From Ginglymostoma cirratum (Eukaryota), in contig JAHRHZ010000218.1 in NCBI GenBank assembly GCA_024137785.1, positions 10,067,624-10,131,623 on the forward strand: a DNA stretch of 64,000 nucleotides. Reading direction: 5' to 3'. The notes beneath the pieces are model-generated. The model did no database searches. It was not told where the DNA came from and was given only the letters and a program-made list of their open reading frames with translations. Below, piece after piece: positions 63,316 through 64,000 of the stretch; position 1 is the first letter of the stretch; every line of letters starts with the position of its first letter. The translations under genes and the position numbers were made by a program.

Positions 63316-64000
63316 AAGTACTATTCCACTGGACAAATTAAGGTGTCAATCCTTAGGAACAGAGAGGGAAGTGTAGAAGATACCAATGAAGTAGAATTCG
63401 ATGAGTGCTGCTGAATTTTAAGACTACATTGTACATTTTGCTAAACTGATTCTGTTGGGAGAACGAGCAGCAGGAGACTGCAATTAGAGACTTTTGTGTA
63501 AAACCATATAGTTATGAATACAGACAGGTTGCAGATCAAAACTTGGGCTGGGGTGAGTTTGTCACCTCTGGGATGGAAAAAGGCTTAGGTAGGAGACGTT
63601 GAAGACTTCTTTGAGGGATGAGGAAAGATGAAACACTCTTGGCTCACATTAAGAGGTACAAAATGCATTGAATTTGAAGAGCCACCAGCTTCTATTTAGT
63701 GAGAGTCCAAGAAGACAGTCAGCTGCAATTAAATTTAAATCAGTCTTCCAATTACACTGGGATCTTGTTTGAATATGTTGTTGAGGTTTACTGCTGATGA
63801 CATGAATCCTGTTACCACTAAAATCAACAATGGTTAAGTCCAGTAAAAACAAAAACATGCAGCAGGCCAGCCAGCATCTATGGAGAGAAAAAACTAAGTC
63901 TGTGTTTCAAAAGTGATCAAAAATTAGCTCAGTTTTTTCACTTTACACCACCACAGAGATTTCAGTTTTAAATTAACACTTACTCAAGCTAAAACTAATT

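Noticed and set aside
1-64000. Prokaryotic-type systems (operons, CRISPR arrays, defence islands)
   Set aside because: Spliceosomal introns, a vertebrate gene and vertebrate retroelements throughout; no repeat-spacer array or dense ORF packing.

Overview
Eukaryotic, AT-rich, repeat-dense vertebrate genomic DNA. The SINE/LINE complement (HE1-type V-SINEs, CR1, L2) points to a cartilaginous fish, probably a shark (inference). The only protein-coding gene I can support is the 3' end of the atypical cadherin FAT4 on the + strand. It has five coding exons (2411-2590, 3233-3357, 5059-5276, 6809-7070, 19309-21200) that splice in frame with GT-AG introns. They encode laminin-G and EGF domains, the transmembrane helix and the whole intracellular domain ending EEYV, followed by a ~1 kb 3'UTR with AATAAA at 22201. 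The introns and the ~42 kb downstream are a mosaic of decayed transposons: CR1, L2, Rex/Babar-like tails, PIF/Harbinger transposase and Myb remnants, solo LTRs, Penelope-like remnants and SINEs. Three signals stand out. (1) A family of short, TSD-flanked, partly palindromic elements carries minimal type-I hammerhead-ribozyme cores (Penelope-type). (2) A LINE has a tRNA-like 5' head, and its internal-deletion derivative behaves as a SINE. (3) A whole tRNA-Lys(UUU) is fused to an HE1 SINE tail inside a FAT4 intron. All calls were made by eye without database searches, so repeat boundaries are approximate and novelty is unverified.
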